NCBI GenBank assembly: GCA_963826525.1
Contig: CAWGXH010000004.1
Location: 1,504,001-1,568,000, forward strand
Length of the DNA stretch: 64,000 nt
Direction: 5' to 3'
Source of the DNA: an uncultured Methanomicrobiaceae archaeon
Lineage (GTDB): Archaea; Halobacteriota; Methanomicrobia; Methanomicrobiales; Methanoculleaceae
Below the pieces are notes generated by a model. It searched no databases. It was not told the origin of the DNA and worked only from the letters and a program-made list of their open reading frames with translations. Shown piece by piece: positions 11,948 to 22,735 of the stretch; position 1 is the stretch's first letter, and every line of letters starts with the position of its first letter. The translations under genes were made by a program, and so were the position numbers.

Positions 11948-13157
11948 TCATGCCGTCCGGTCGCGCACGGAGAGGGCAAAGAACCCGCAGGCTGCTGCGG
12001 CGATACCAAAACTTGCAAAAAATCCAATGCCGAAGCCGCTGCCGGCAATAAGGACTCCCGTGACGAGCGGACCTGCCGAATGCCCGATATCCATGATGGA
12101 GGAGAGTGCTCCCATCGAGGCTCCCAGGTGTTCTTTCTCTGCGATGTCCGCGACATACGCACTGGTAGCGACCGTAGAGAGCGACATGCCGAGCCCGAGA
12201 ACGGAACTTATGAGCAGGAACTCTGCAAACGCCGATGCTGCCGGGAGAGCGGCTACTGAACACCCGAGAACGAGAAGACCTATGACGATCTGAACCCGTT
12301 TGTCAGCCCGGTCGGCGATCCTGCCGAAGAACGGTTTTGTCACCGCGATGACCAGCACCTGGATGGTAAAGATAATCCCGGTCTGGTACGCATCAACCCC
12401 CCGGGAGAGGAGAAGGAGCGGCAGGAATGTCTCAAACGCCCCGAACGCAAAGTAGGTTGCCATATCCGCGAGGGCCGTTGCCCGCAGTCTCCGGTTCGTA
12501 AAAAACGTGACAAAACTTTCGCGAAACAGAGAGAACGGGAGAATCGTAATCCTGGCCGGATGCTCCTCCCGGTACATGAGGGTCAGGATGACGACCGGCA
12601 CTGCGGCGAGTGCTGCAGCCAGATATACGATCCTGTAGGGGATGAGCCCGGGGTAAAAGACGAAGTACGAGATGATGATCCCGCCGACCAGCGGTGCAAG
12701 CGTCCGCCCGACCAGGGTTGCGGAAGAGGTACTGCCCCAGCATCTCCCCCTTCTTCTCCGAAAATCGCTCGGCGATCATTGCCGAGACTACCGGCCCGAG
12801 GATCGCGGTTGCCGTACCATGGAAAAACCTGACCGGGATCAGCCAGAATGGATCGGAGATGAAGAGGTAGATCAGGGGTGCAGAGAGGAATACCGCCCCT
12901 GAAGCGATGAGCAGCCTTCTCCGTCCCATATGATCGGAGAGGACTCCTATCGGGAACGAGAACAAGATCCCTGCGAGCGGGGAGACCGCGGCAATCAGGC
13001 CGATGACTGCATCACCGGCACCAAGGGCCTGCGAGAACAAGGGCAGCACCGGGTTCTTTGAGATGGTTGTCGAAAAGATGGCGAAAAATCCGAGCAGGAA
13101 GATTGAATACATCGTCCGGCGGTCCAGTGTAGAAGAAGTACGGGGTGCATCCGGCAT
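11948..13157 (-). CDS. MFS transporter; frameshift at ~12730
   Basis: GVLSDHMGRRRLL and GRIADRADKR MFS motif A in both halves; many TM segments. Confidence 0.9.
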
Positions 13158-13479
13158 GCTATGGATCAGGGTTGAGGAGGAAAGAGGGATAAAGGTGCCG
13201 TAGATCTCCTGATCATTCATCTATCACTTTTCCGGCCCGCTTACTCCGCCTTCCTCCTTTTCATGACACCCTCACGCACCAGTACTCCGCTCCTCCAATC
13301 CATCCGCATAGTTGGCTCCAGGTTATACTCCGTGCATATTATGAGGGGGACATTCGCCCTATCTCTGCACGAGGTATCGATCACGCTGGCATGGGAAGAG
13401 ATCTGTTTGTGCTCTCCTCCTGCCGAATGAGGCCGTAATGTCCGGGAGCTTTCCTGTCGGTCTCCTGGCAGGCGAGGTG

Positions 13480-13555
13480 AGTGAAAGGCTGGCGAACTAT
13501 CGGTGGTAAGGATCGATAGGATGGAACACTCTGTTCCGGGTTGGTACCGGGACAT
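13480..13555 (-). pseudogene. Degenerate 5' end of an integrase-like gene (homolog of 58931-59128)
   Basis: DNA colinear with 59060-59128 (AGGATGGAACACTCTGT vs AGGATGGAACTCTCTGT); shifted frame reads NRVFHPIDPY vs DREFHPVNKNY. Confidence 0.5.
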
Positions 13556-13609
13556 TCTCCTGCAAGGGAGATCAGAAGAGAGTCTGAAAGCGTTTAACGA
13601 AAGATCTTA

Positions 13610-13629
13610 AAAACGGAATGCTGCTATGG
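13610..13629. repeat. att-like direct repeat (duplicates tRNA-Glu 3' end plus flank)
   Basis: AAAACGGAATGCTGCTATGG identical to 59183-59202. Confidence 0.85.
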
Positions 13630-13921
13630 AGTTTTCCAGATTAGGGCTTAATTCCGCCCCCGATTGAAATTTTGCCCGCGTTGCCGATCTGTAATATATC
13701 AGCAAAGGAGAAAAACTTTGTGCGCGTAAGCTCGCATCGCCAGTCCTCTTGATTCCCATCTGTTTTCACGGAAATCACTGCTCCGCATTGAATTCTCATG
13801 CCACTGATTTGCTGCCACCTAATCGTCGCCCAACCTCGTTCATAGGACGTGCCGCACCTGCCGCACACTTTCGCCCCGCTTCTGCTCAGAATGTTTAAAT
13901 CCCGTCGCCGACGCTAACCGC

Positions 13922-14797
13922 ATGGAGCAAGACCAGCCACACAAGAGCCCGACGCTCTTCCGGGACCCGGGCGTCTTTGCCGCCGACTACCTTCCCGAAC
14001 CGGCACCCAGTCGGGCGGCCCCGATGGAGCAGCTCGCCTTTAACCTGCGGTCGGGCATGGTCGGCGCAACGCCGGACAATGTCATCTGCAGGGGCCCGCC
14101 GGGCACCGGGAAGACCGCATGCGTGCGGGCGCTCTTCGCCGATATCGAGGAGATGACCGATCGCTTCATCCCCGTCTACGTCGACTGCCGCGTCGACCGG
14201 ACGGAGCACGCAATCTTCTCGCGGATCTTCTCGAAGCTGACCGGCCGGCCGCCTGCGGAAGAGATGGCCGAGTGGGAGATCCGGGGAGCCGTAGCGGACC
14301 TGCTGCGGGAGCGTAAGGCCGTGCTCGTCGTCTGCCTCGACGAGATCGCCTGCCTCGGCAGCAAAAGCGAGATCAACCACCTGCTGTACGTGCTGCTGCG
14401 CATGTACGAGAGTTATCCCGGCACCAGGATCGGCGTGGTCGCTACCGTCAGCGACCTTTCCTACAATCTCCCCGCCAATCTGGATCCTTCCGTCTTCTCG
14501 GTCTTCCACCCGGTCGAGATCTTCTTCCAGCCGTTCGGCGTCGGCGAGATCCGCGGGATCCTCCGTGACCGGGTGCAGCAGGGGCTCGCTCCCCGCGCAG
14601 TCCCGGTCAAGGTGCTCGAGATGGTCGTGGAGCGGACGAGAGCATGCGGTGACATCCGTGTGGGTCTTGACCTCCTGAAGAGGGCGGCGATGTTCGCAGA
14701 GCAGGACGGTCGGAGGGTGGTAGGCCGGGAGGATGTTTCTATGGCGTATGAGCATTTCAATGATGGATCCACGGTTGCAGGGGATCCGTTTGTTTAG
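13922..14797 (+). CDS. cdc6: Orc1/Cdc6-type AAA+ ATPase paralog lacking the C-terminal wHTH
   Basis: LFRDPGVFAADYLP, Walker A GPPGTGKT, Walker B VCLDEI, GDIRVGLDLL; only 291 aa. Confidence 0.85.
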   Translation: MEQDQPHKSPTLFRDPGVFAADYLPEPAPSRAAPMEQLAFNLRSGMVGATPDNVICRGPPGTGKTACVRALFADIEEMTDRFIPVYVDCRVDRTEHAIFSRIFSKLTGRPPAEEMAEWEIRGAVADLLRERKAVLVVCLDEIACLGSKSEINHLLYVLLRMYESYPGTRIGVVATVSDLSYNLPANLDPSVFSVFHPVEIFFQPFGVGEIRGILRDRVQQGLAPRAVPVKVLEMVVERTRACGDIRVGLDLLKRAAMFAEQDGRRVVGREDVSMAYEHFNDGSTVAGDPFV

Positions 14798-14907
14798 ATG
14801 AACTGTACCCCATCTGTTTTCAGAACCCCTCTGCGCCCTTTTCTGAAAACAGTGCGCCGATCTGCTGCTACACCAGATCCGCCGCACAAATCAAGAGGAG
14901 ATACGAA

Positions 14908-16805
14908 TTACGCCGCAATGCCGTGCGTGACAGCTTCTCCGTTCTGCGGTGCGGCTTTTTGAAGCGTGAACCGGAACGCCGCCCCCTGCTCCGGCCGGCC
15001 GGTCACCCGGTCGTCCGCCCAGACCTGCCCGCCGTACCGCTCGGCGAGTATCTGCACGAGGAAGAGCCCGAGCCCTTCGCCGACGCCCCGTTTCTTCTGC
15101 TCGTACCGGTGGAAGATCGCATCCTTGTCCGTATCCGGCACGCCGGGGCCGGTATCCTCGACCGAAACCAGGACGGTTTCGCCCGCATCCTCGACCCGGA
15201 CGGTGATCTCGACGCCGGGACCACCATGCTTCACGGCGTTGCTGATGAGGTTGTTGAAGACCACGGAGAGAAGATCGTCTGCCCAAACCCGGTAGTGCAG
15301 CCCGTCGCAGAGAATGGTGCTGCACGGGAAATCTTTCGTCACCCCCCGGATCACCGCATCGAGATCCATCGGTTTGAGCTCGAACGACTCCCGGTGAATC
15401 CGGCGGATGGTAGAGACAGTCTTCAGGATCTCGATACTCTTCTGGACGCTACGCTGCAGCTTTTTCACATACCCGACTTCCTCCCCCTTCCCCTGCAGGC
15501 TGTCGATGAGCAGGTCGGCGTAGAGGTTCGAGACGTTCTCGGTGTTGCCGATATCGTGGGTGAGGATGTCCAGGTAGAGGTTCGCCTCCCGGTTCGCGGC
15601 CACCAGTTCCCGCTGAAGCGGGTGAGCTCTTCAGTGTGGCGCATAAGCGCTTCTTCCGCCTGCTTGCGTTCGGTGATGTCCCTGATGTTAACGGTGGTAA
15701 TCGGATTTCCACGGACAAAGCCATGCGCGAATGAAGTCTCAAGCCACACCTCCCCACCATCCCGGCGCCTGAAGAAGAACTCCTTTTGCTCCTGCGTCCC
15801 GGGATTCTCCGGCAGCCGGATGCCTGCCAGATCCTGAAGCGGCCTCCCCACCGCCTCGTCGCTGCTGTAGCCGAGGATACTCTCGGCGGCGGAGTTCCAG
15901 ATCAGCACGGTTCCCTCTGCATCAAGGCCGATGATCGCGTCGGGAGATGCCTCGATCAGAAGTCTGTATCCTTCGCCGGAGGGAGGGAAGATCCTGTCCA
16001 GCATCTGGTGAACGTCAGTCTGGCGGTTGCGGGAGAGGTACAGCAGCAGGATCAGGGCTATCAGGAAGTAGAGGGAGGCACCCCACTGCCCCGCTCTGCC
16101 TACCCAGGCCATGATATCCCCGCTGGATACAGTCACCAGGTACGCGAGCTGACCGAGGCTCAGGAATGCCAGCGCCAGACTGTACATATACAGGAACGAC
16201 GAGCGTGCCCGGACGTGCTGCACGAATATCAGCAGGGCGGAGGCCGCAAACAGGATCGCAGCGAATCCGATGACCACCTGCCGGATCGGGGTGCCGCCCT
16301 CGCCGGCGATGAAAAAGGCGGGGAGCCGCTGCGCCGTACTTGCGAGGACTACCAGCAGTACTGCCGCTATCCCGCCGCCATAGCCCGCTGCGAGAGCAAT
16401 TACCCGCTGCCGCATGTCAGCCCTCATCAGGCCGATAGATAAGAGGGCGGTCAGGGCGCCGATGAAGTGCAGGGAACCGGCGAGGAGGGCGCCGATATTC
16501 TGTATCTGCACGCCGGCATTCAGGCTGATCGGGGTTCCGAACAGGTTCGCCATGAGGATGGCCAGCCCCAGCACGAGGATGCCGGACCCCATCCAGACGA
16601 GCTGCAACCGGCCGGTCTTCACCACGGCCCATGCAACGAGCACGGCGAGAACGATGAACCCGATGTTCAGGAAGATGTTGAACCCTGCCTGAAAGGGAGC
16701 AATAAAATCGAGAGGGACGTTTGCAAAGACCTGCACGACGAAAACCAGTGCCAGCAGAAGAACGGGCGCGGCAGCAAGCAGGCGCCAGGTATGCTGCACG
16801 TTCAT
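14908..16805 (-). CDS. Membrane-bound PAS sensor histidine kinase; frameshift at ~15610
   Basis: Multi-TM N-terminus, one PAS, H-box LTHDIGN, NLISNAVKH, DTGPG and GEGLGL. Confidence 0.85.
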
Positions 16806-17100
16806 GGTCCGCCACTGCTGTCTGCTGCTGTCATGTGATTTGCCTGCTATGAATACTCTTTCTGTGAATGCATTATCAGCATTGGTTGCTCAGCCCCGGC
16901 GTTGCTTAACGGATATTAACTACGATTAATCTGATCAAGTATAACTTTTCCCATTCGGTTATTACGCACCGAGCGGTGGCAAAAGGAGTTTTGCACGGCT
17001 TACGAGAGGTTTTATGGCGTAATCTCACGTGTGAGTGCCCCCTCTGCCACAACAGCCGGCTACCGCTGTATTCTCTGTCTTCCTTCGCCCTCCGGAGCGT

Positions 17101-17396
17101 CCCACCTCCGCCCGCTCCCTCCGGTCGCTCCGCCCTCCTCCCAGGGGAGGAGGGCAGTCCGGTGCGATACCCCGTGTCCCGGGCCAGCCTCCACTGCCAG
17201 GGCGGGTAACGGTAGCGAGTGCCCGACCTCCAGCCGCGAGCATGCCCGGCGGAGCCGGTGATGCGAGCGGCGGGCCGGAGCAGCCGTCACGCTGCGAGGC
17301 CGCGCCGAGCGAGTGAGGGCGCCCGCGGTCCCGGACACCGCGAAGAACCAGGGCGACGTTCCGAAGCGAGCACCGCGAGCGAGGAATCTCGCCCGT
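17101..17396 (-). repeat. Structured GC-rich repeat family A, left inverted copy
   Basis: Reverse complement aligns with 19298-19569; hairpin GCCCTCCTCC-CAGG-GGAGGAGGGC at 17132-17155. Confidence 0.9.
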
Positions 17397-17415
17397 CGGC
17401 GGGGCCCGGCAAATG

Positions 17416-17571
17416 TTACTCTTCCTCGACCGGATCGAGCAGGATGATCTTCACTCTTTTACCGACCCACGAGACCGGCACCATAACATGGCCGCTGTTC
17501 CCGGTTTTGGTAACGGTCTTCTCCCGCACTTCGTATCCGCTGATAGTGAGTTCCACTTTATCCATACTCAT
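17416..17571 (-). CDS. DUF2080 family transposon-associated small protein (AbrB-like), 51 aa
   Basis: Manual translation MSMDKVELTISGYEVREKTVTKTGNSGHVMVPVSWVGKRVKIILLDPVEEE; below the ORF-track cutoff. Confidence 0.8.
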   Translation of the reverse strand: MSMDKVELTISGYEVREKTVTKTGNSGHVMVPVSWVGKRVKIILLDPVEEE

Positions 17572-17607
17572 TATGTAATCTTTGTATCATATAAAATCTA
17601 ACTTAAA

Positions 17608-17633
17608 TTATACATTGTATATACAATGTATAA
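17608..17633. promoter_or_regulatory. Perfect 26-bp palindrome in AT-rich divergent promoter region
   Basis: TTATACATTGTATATACAATGTATAA between DUF2080 (-) and the 17703 operon (+). Confidence 0.65.
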
Positions 17634-17702
17634 AAGTTTAAATACTCAGCCGTCCTATACTATAATAGTGAGCGGAGAGGCGCTCACTGGAGGAATAGAC
17701 AG

Positions 17703-17966
17703 ATGACATTCAAGAAAATCGGAAGGCTGGCCCTGCACGACGGCCGGCTCCGGGTCGAGATCGACACGGTCGGATCGTTCACCTTCGACGATCACTGCCT
17801 GGTCGGCGAGGACGGCCGGCGGCACGGCTACGCGATGCCGAGCACGACGGGAAAAGCGATGAACCTGCACCTGACGGACGGAGCGCTCTGCACCGTGATC
17901 AAGTCGCAACTCCTGCAGGTCGTCAGCGGGAATATCGGAAAAGCAGCAGTGTTCGAGGTGGCGTAA
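17703..17966 (+). CDS. Hypothetical protein, 87 aa
   Basis: GGAGG RBS upstream; first gene of the operon leading to ardC. Confidence 0.65.
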   Translation: MTFKKIGRLALHDGRLRVEIDTVGSFTFDDHCLVGEDGRRHGYAMPSTTGKAMNLHLTDGALCTVIKSQLLQVVSGNIGKAAVFEVA

Positions 17967-18282
17967 ATGTCCTGGACAGACGCCGACAGCCACCCCGAAC
18001 CCCTGCACAGAGAAGATCGGCGGGCAGCCCCTTAACCCTTCCGGGCGCCCCCTCTCGTTCACCGACGCGATCCCGTACCGCGACCTCCGCCGGATGGCCG
18101 ACCTCGATGAGCGGGCGATGGAGATCGGCGCCGAGAGAAACCCGCTCTCGCAGCGGGTCGCCGCCCACCTCTTCAAGCAGGCCGAGGAGATCCTGCAGCA
18201 GGTACCGCGACCTGGTCGCGGAGCACGGCCTCGAGGCATGCGCACAGTGGGCGGCCGAGGCCGACGCACGGAGGGGACTTCT

Positions 18283-18433
18283 GATGCCGGCGACCTGCGA
18301 CGAGTGCGGCGCCGAGGTGCCGGACGACTGCTGCCGGATGAGCCGCGAGCGGGAAGAGTTCTGGGGTGCGCCGTGTTCCTACACGGTGATCACCGGCTAC
18401 ACCTGCCCGGAGTGCGGGCATGAGGAGGTATGA
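18283..18433 (+). CDS. Small zinc-ribbon protein (CxxC...CxxC)
   Basis: MPATCDECGAEV...YTCPECGHEEV immediately upstream of ardC; start approximate. Confidence 0.6.
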
Positions 18434-18436
18434 CGG

Positions 18437-19290
18437 ATGGTCTCCGTCTACGAGGTGGTCCGGGACCGGATCATCTCCTCCCTTTCAGCCGGCACGGTGC
18501 CCTGGCGGCAGACCTGGCAGAGCATGTCCCCGATGAACCTCGCCACCGGCCGGCCCTACCGGGGGATCAACCGGATCCTGCTCGCGGGGCATCCCTGGTG
18601 GGGCACCTACAACCAGATCAAGCAGCCTCGGCGGCTACGTCCGGAAGGGCGAGAAGGCATCCGGGATCGTGGTCTTCTGGTCGTTCGACGAGACCCGGCG
18701 GACGGTGAGCGAGAACGGCGACGAGGTCGCGGTGATCATGCAGCGGGAGCGGCCGCTGGTGCGCTACTACAAGGTCTTCAATCTCTCGCAGTGCGACGGG
18801 ATCGCCGTGGAGGACGTCGGCGAGGTGCAGCCGATCGCCTCCTGCGAGGACGTGATCGCCCGGAACGCTCCCCGGGTGATCCCGGGCGAGCCGGCCTACC
18901 TCCCGAAGAGCGACCGGATCGCGATGCCGGCGCCGGACCGGTTCACCTCGGCGGAGGCCTACTACGCGGCCTTCTTCCACGAGCTCGCCCACTGGACCGG
19001 GCACGCCTCCCGGCTCGACCGGCCGGGGATCACGGAGCCGATCCGGTTCGGCAGCGAGGAGTACAGCCGCGAGGAGCTGACGGCGGAGATGGGCGCCGCG
19101 TTCCTCTGCGCGATGACCGGCACCGATCTGCCGGTGCTCGAGAACCAGGCGGCCTACATCGCCGGGTGGCTGAAGCATATCCGCGACGGTTCGGCGGTCG
19201 ACGTGATCCGGGCCGCGGCGGATGCCCAGCGAGCGGCGGACTTCCTCACCGGGAACGGTGGGGAGGAGGCCTCTTCTTTTTCGAGGGCGG
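18437..19290 (+). CDS. ardC: ArdC family ssDNA-binding antirestriction protein (DUF1738 + zincin-like domain); frameshift at ~18625, native stop unclear
   Basis: GTVPWRQTW, NLATGRPYRGIN, VFNLSQCDG, FHELAHWTGH.SRLDR, YSREELTAEMGAAFL and AAYIAGWL motifs. Confidence 0.9.
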
Positions 19291-19297
19291 GAGCGGC

Positions 19298-19569
19298 CGG
19301 GCGAGATTCTTTGCTCCCGGTGGTCGCTGCAGAACATCGCCCTGGTTCTTCCCGGTGTACGGGATCGCCGGCGCCCTCACTCGCTCGGCGCGGCCTCGCT
19401 TCGTGACGGCTGCTTCCGCCCGCCGCTCGCATCGCCGGCTCCGCCGGGCATGCTCGCGGCTGTTACCTGTCCTGTCGATAGAGGCTGCCGGGGATACGGG
19501 CTATCGCACCGGACTGCCCTCCTCCCGGGGAGGAGGGCGGAGCGACCGGAGGGAGCGGGCGGAGGTGGG
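19298..19569 (+). repeat. Structured GC-rich repeat family A, right inverted copy
   Basis: Inverted homolog of 17101-17396; hairpin GCCCTCCTCC-CGG-GGAGGAGGGC at 19516-19538. Confidence 0.9.
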
Positions 19570-19634
19570 GCAAACGCACCATCCAAAAATGGTGCAGCGG
19601 CCGTAAGCAGGAAGGTATTCCATTCCGGACCGTC

Positions 19635-21931
19635 TTACGCGACTTTCTGCAGCGTGAACCGGAAGGCCGCCCCTTCCTCCGGCCGGCCCGGGACCCGGTC
19701 ATCGACCCAGGTGCGCCCGCCATAGCGCTTGACCAGCGTCCGGACGATGTAGAGTCCAAGCCCCTCCCCTTTTCCTCTGGCCACGCCACGCTCGAACCGG
19801 GTGAAGAGCTTCTCTTTCATCTCGTCCGGCACACCGGGACCGGTGTCCTCGACCGAGACCCGCACTTCGCCGTTCTGCTCCTCGAAACCGATTACGATCT
19901 CCACGTCAGGTCCGCTGAATTTGACGGCGTTGCCGATGAGGTTCGTGAAGATCACCGGCAGGAGACCGTCTGCGAGCACGTCGACCCTTCGGCCGTCGAA
20001 CTGGATCGATGCACCGGGGAAGTTCTCAATTTCCTCCTTGATGATCGCATCGAGATTCATCGGTATCAGGCGATCGGATTCCTGCTGCAGCCGCCGGATA
20101 GTGGCAACGTTTCGGAGGATCTCGCTGCTTCGCTGGATGGCGTCCCGCAGTTTCCGGGCGTAAAGCCACTGGTCGCCGGCGAGCAGTCGACCAGGAGGTC
20201 GGCGTACATGCTCGGAGACGTTGTTCGCGTTCCGGACATCGTGGGTTATGATGTCCAGGTACATGTTCGTCTCATCGCGTGCTGCCTTGACTTCATGGTT
20301 GAGCCGGATGAGGTCGTCGGTGCGGCGCACAAGCACTTCTTCAGCCCGCTTACGCTTGGTGATATCTTGAATCGTGCCCATAACGCCAGGCTCGCTTCCG
20401 AACACTATCGGTGCACCACCCATTGATCCCCAGACTGCGGTGCCATCTTTTTTCCGGAGTTTTGCCTGAAAATCTCGGACGACTCCATCCTTTTTCATGA
20501 TATTTAGCCAGGCGTTTCTATCTTCGGCATTCCACCAAATGTCAGATGCCTTCGTACCCACCATCTCACCTGGCCCATAACCTACGATACGCTCAAAGGC
20601 TGGATTGGTGTACCGAAGCACGCCATCCATCGAACTTATGCCTGCTCCGATTGGAGTAACTTCGCTCAGTGCTTTAAAGCGCTGTTCACTCTCTTGTAAA
20701 GCTTCTTCGGCCCGCTTGCGCTCGGTGATATCGATATAAGCTCCTACCGCACCATATGGCCTCCCGTTCTCGTCCAGTAACGGCACGGCATTACCGAGCA
20801 GCCGATGCATCGTCCCGTCATCAAAGACCAGATCGAGCTCGGCCAGCTCCGCCGTCCGGCCGGTGGCGGCGGCCTTCTGCACGGGCAGTTCCGCCGGCGG
20901 GACCTCGATGCCGTCCTGCATCACCCGGAAATGCGTCGGCCGCTCTCCTTCGGGACCCGACTTTGAGAGGTTGCTTCCCTGCGGCAGGCGGAGAAGATCG
21001 TACGTCCTGCGGCTGCCGAGCATGGTCAGGCATTCGGGATCGACCGCGATGAAGACCGCTGCGGGTACCGCTTCCATGATCGCCTGCAGCTCCGCTGCCC
21101 GCCTCCGTTCTCGGGCCTCGCTCTCCCGCAACTCCGCTTCTGCACGCTTGCGCTCGGTGATGTTGCGTGCATTCACGACGAAACCCCGAACGGCAGGCTC
21201 TTCCAGGAGATTGACACCGGTCACATCAAAGTACTGCCAGCCTCCTGAGCTGTCCCGGATCCGGGCTTCATAGTAACCTTCTCTTTCGGATGGGCGGCAA
21301 GAGTGCGCAGGCCGTCCATCGCCAGCGGCAGATCGTCGGGATGAATCAGTTTAAAGCCGCTTCTCCCGATAAGATCTTCGGCCGCATACCCCCCGACCTG
21401 TTTCGCCGAAGGAGTTTTATACCGAATATGTCCTTCTGCATCGAGAACGACGACGATATCCGAGGCATTCTCGGTGAGCAGCCTGAATCGCTCCTCACTC
21501 TTCCGTAATGCCTCTTCCACCCGTTTGCGTTCGGTGATCTCCTCGACAACGATATTGATCGCGACGACCCGCCCCCGGTCGTCCTTGAGCGGCCACCAGT
21601 TTTCCTTCCAGCAGCGGGCTACGCCGGGCTGTGCCGGCGTCTCTCCCCGAATCTCGAGATCGAGAACAGGTTCACCCGTTTCAACCACCCTTCGGACGAG
21701 GTCTTCAGCCACGTCCGCAAGATCCGGGACAAGTTCACGGACTCTCTTCCCGATATGTTCCTCGACGGAAAGCCCGTTCAGTTCGGCAAGTTGCCGGTTG
21801 ACACGGAGGTACCGGGTATCCGTGTCGAGCAGGCAGAGCCCGATCGGTGCCGACGCATAGATGACATCGAGCTCCAAGTGATCTTTCGCATAGTCCTCGT
21901 TTCCCCAAGAAGCTCTTTCAAAGCGTTTCAA
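19635..21931 (-). CDS. Multi-PAS sensor histidine kinase; frameshift(s) at ~21265 and a locally shifted patch at ~20200
   Basis: Four PAS/PAC units, ITHDVRNANN H-box, NLIGNAVKF, DTGPG and GEGLGL. Confidence 0.85.
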
Positions 21932-22258
21932 TTGTTCATTCTCACGTCGAAGGGTATCAATCTCCGCCTGAAGTCTTTGACTTCGGCGGAGAGATCCCGT
22001 GCCGCTTCGTCCCGCCTGGTGGGATCGGTTTTTTCCTGTTGGGTTCCTGGGGGTGCTGGCATCAGAATCGGGACTCCTATTTAAAGCAGTATCAGTGAAT
22101 TTCCCATGCAGGGTAATAACAATAGCACTCTACGTGCATGCGTAGGGACACCCCGAGTAAGGTTATAGCAACTGCTTGTCAGCAAACAAAGGTCTGTTTT
22201 TTAAAATTATCGTAGTCAGGACGGCAAATGCAAGAATCTGGATGTTAACCAGCGAACG

Positions 22259-22419
22259 ACCGGGCGAGACTCCTCACTCGCGCTGCTCGCTTCGGAACAT
22301 CGCCCTGGTTTTTCCCCGGTGTCCGGTACCGCGGACGCCCTCACTCGCTCGGCGAGGCCTCGCAGCGTGACGGCTGCTCCTGCCCGCCGCTCGCATCACC
22401 GGCTCCGGCCCGGGCATGC
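22259..22419 (+). repeat. Repeat family A, third (partial) copy
   Basis: CGGGCGAGA...GAACATCGCCCTGGTT...CCCTCACTCGCTCGGCG...GTGACGGCTGCT...CCGGGCATGC matches 19298-19455. Confidence 0.85.
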
Positions 22420-22488
22420 ATCAAGGCTGCTGTTCGGTAAAGCAATCCTTAAATACCCGTAATCCCGGCCGAATCCGCCGAAAAAACC

Positions 22489-22735
22489 ACCCTCACAGAA
22501 GCCCACAGACGGCCGATCTCGAGGCGAGGCAGGGTATCCATCCTCCGAAAATTACTGCCCCTCATATGGCCATTATACCTCGATGAATCTGCCGTATTTC
22601 TGGAATCAGGCCGATATGCTTTGGTTTCTATATCGGCTGGAATCCGCCTCTCTGGAATCAGCGTTAAAATCTGAAAAGGGCGGCAATTTACCCTTCTTTC
22701 AGGACGGGGTGAGGGGCGTTCCCTCTCACGCCAGA
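22489..22735. repeat. Non-coding repeat family B, copy 2
   Basis: Similar to 11712-11915 and 42400-42570; ends in CTTTCAGGACGG...CCCTCTCA. Confidence 0.7.

Noticed and set aside
16976-17400. Short ORFs within repeat family A (also at 19154-19725 and 22176-22370)
   Set aside because: Indels between copies break the frames; low-complexity R/P/A/G translations
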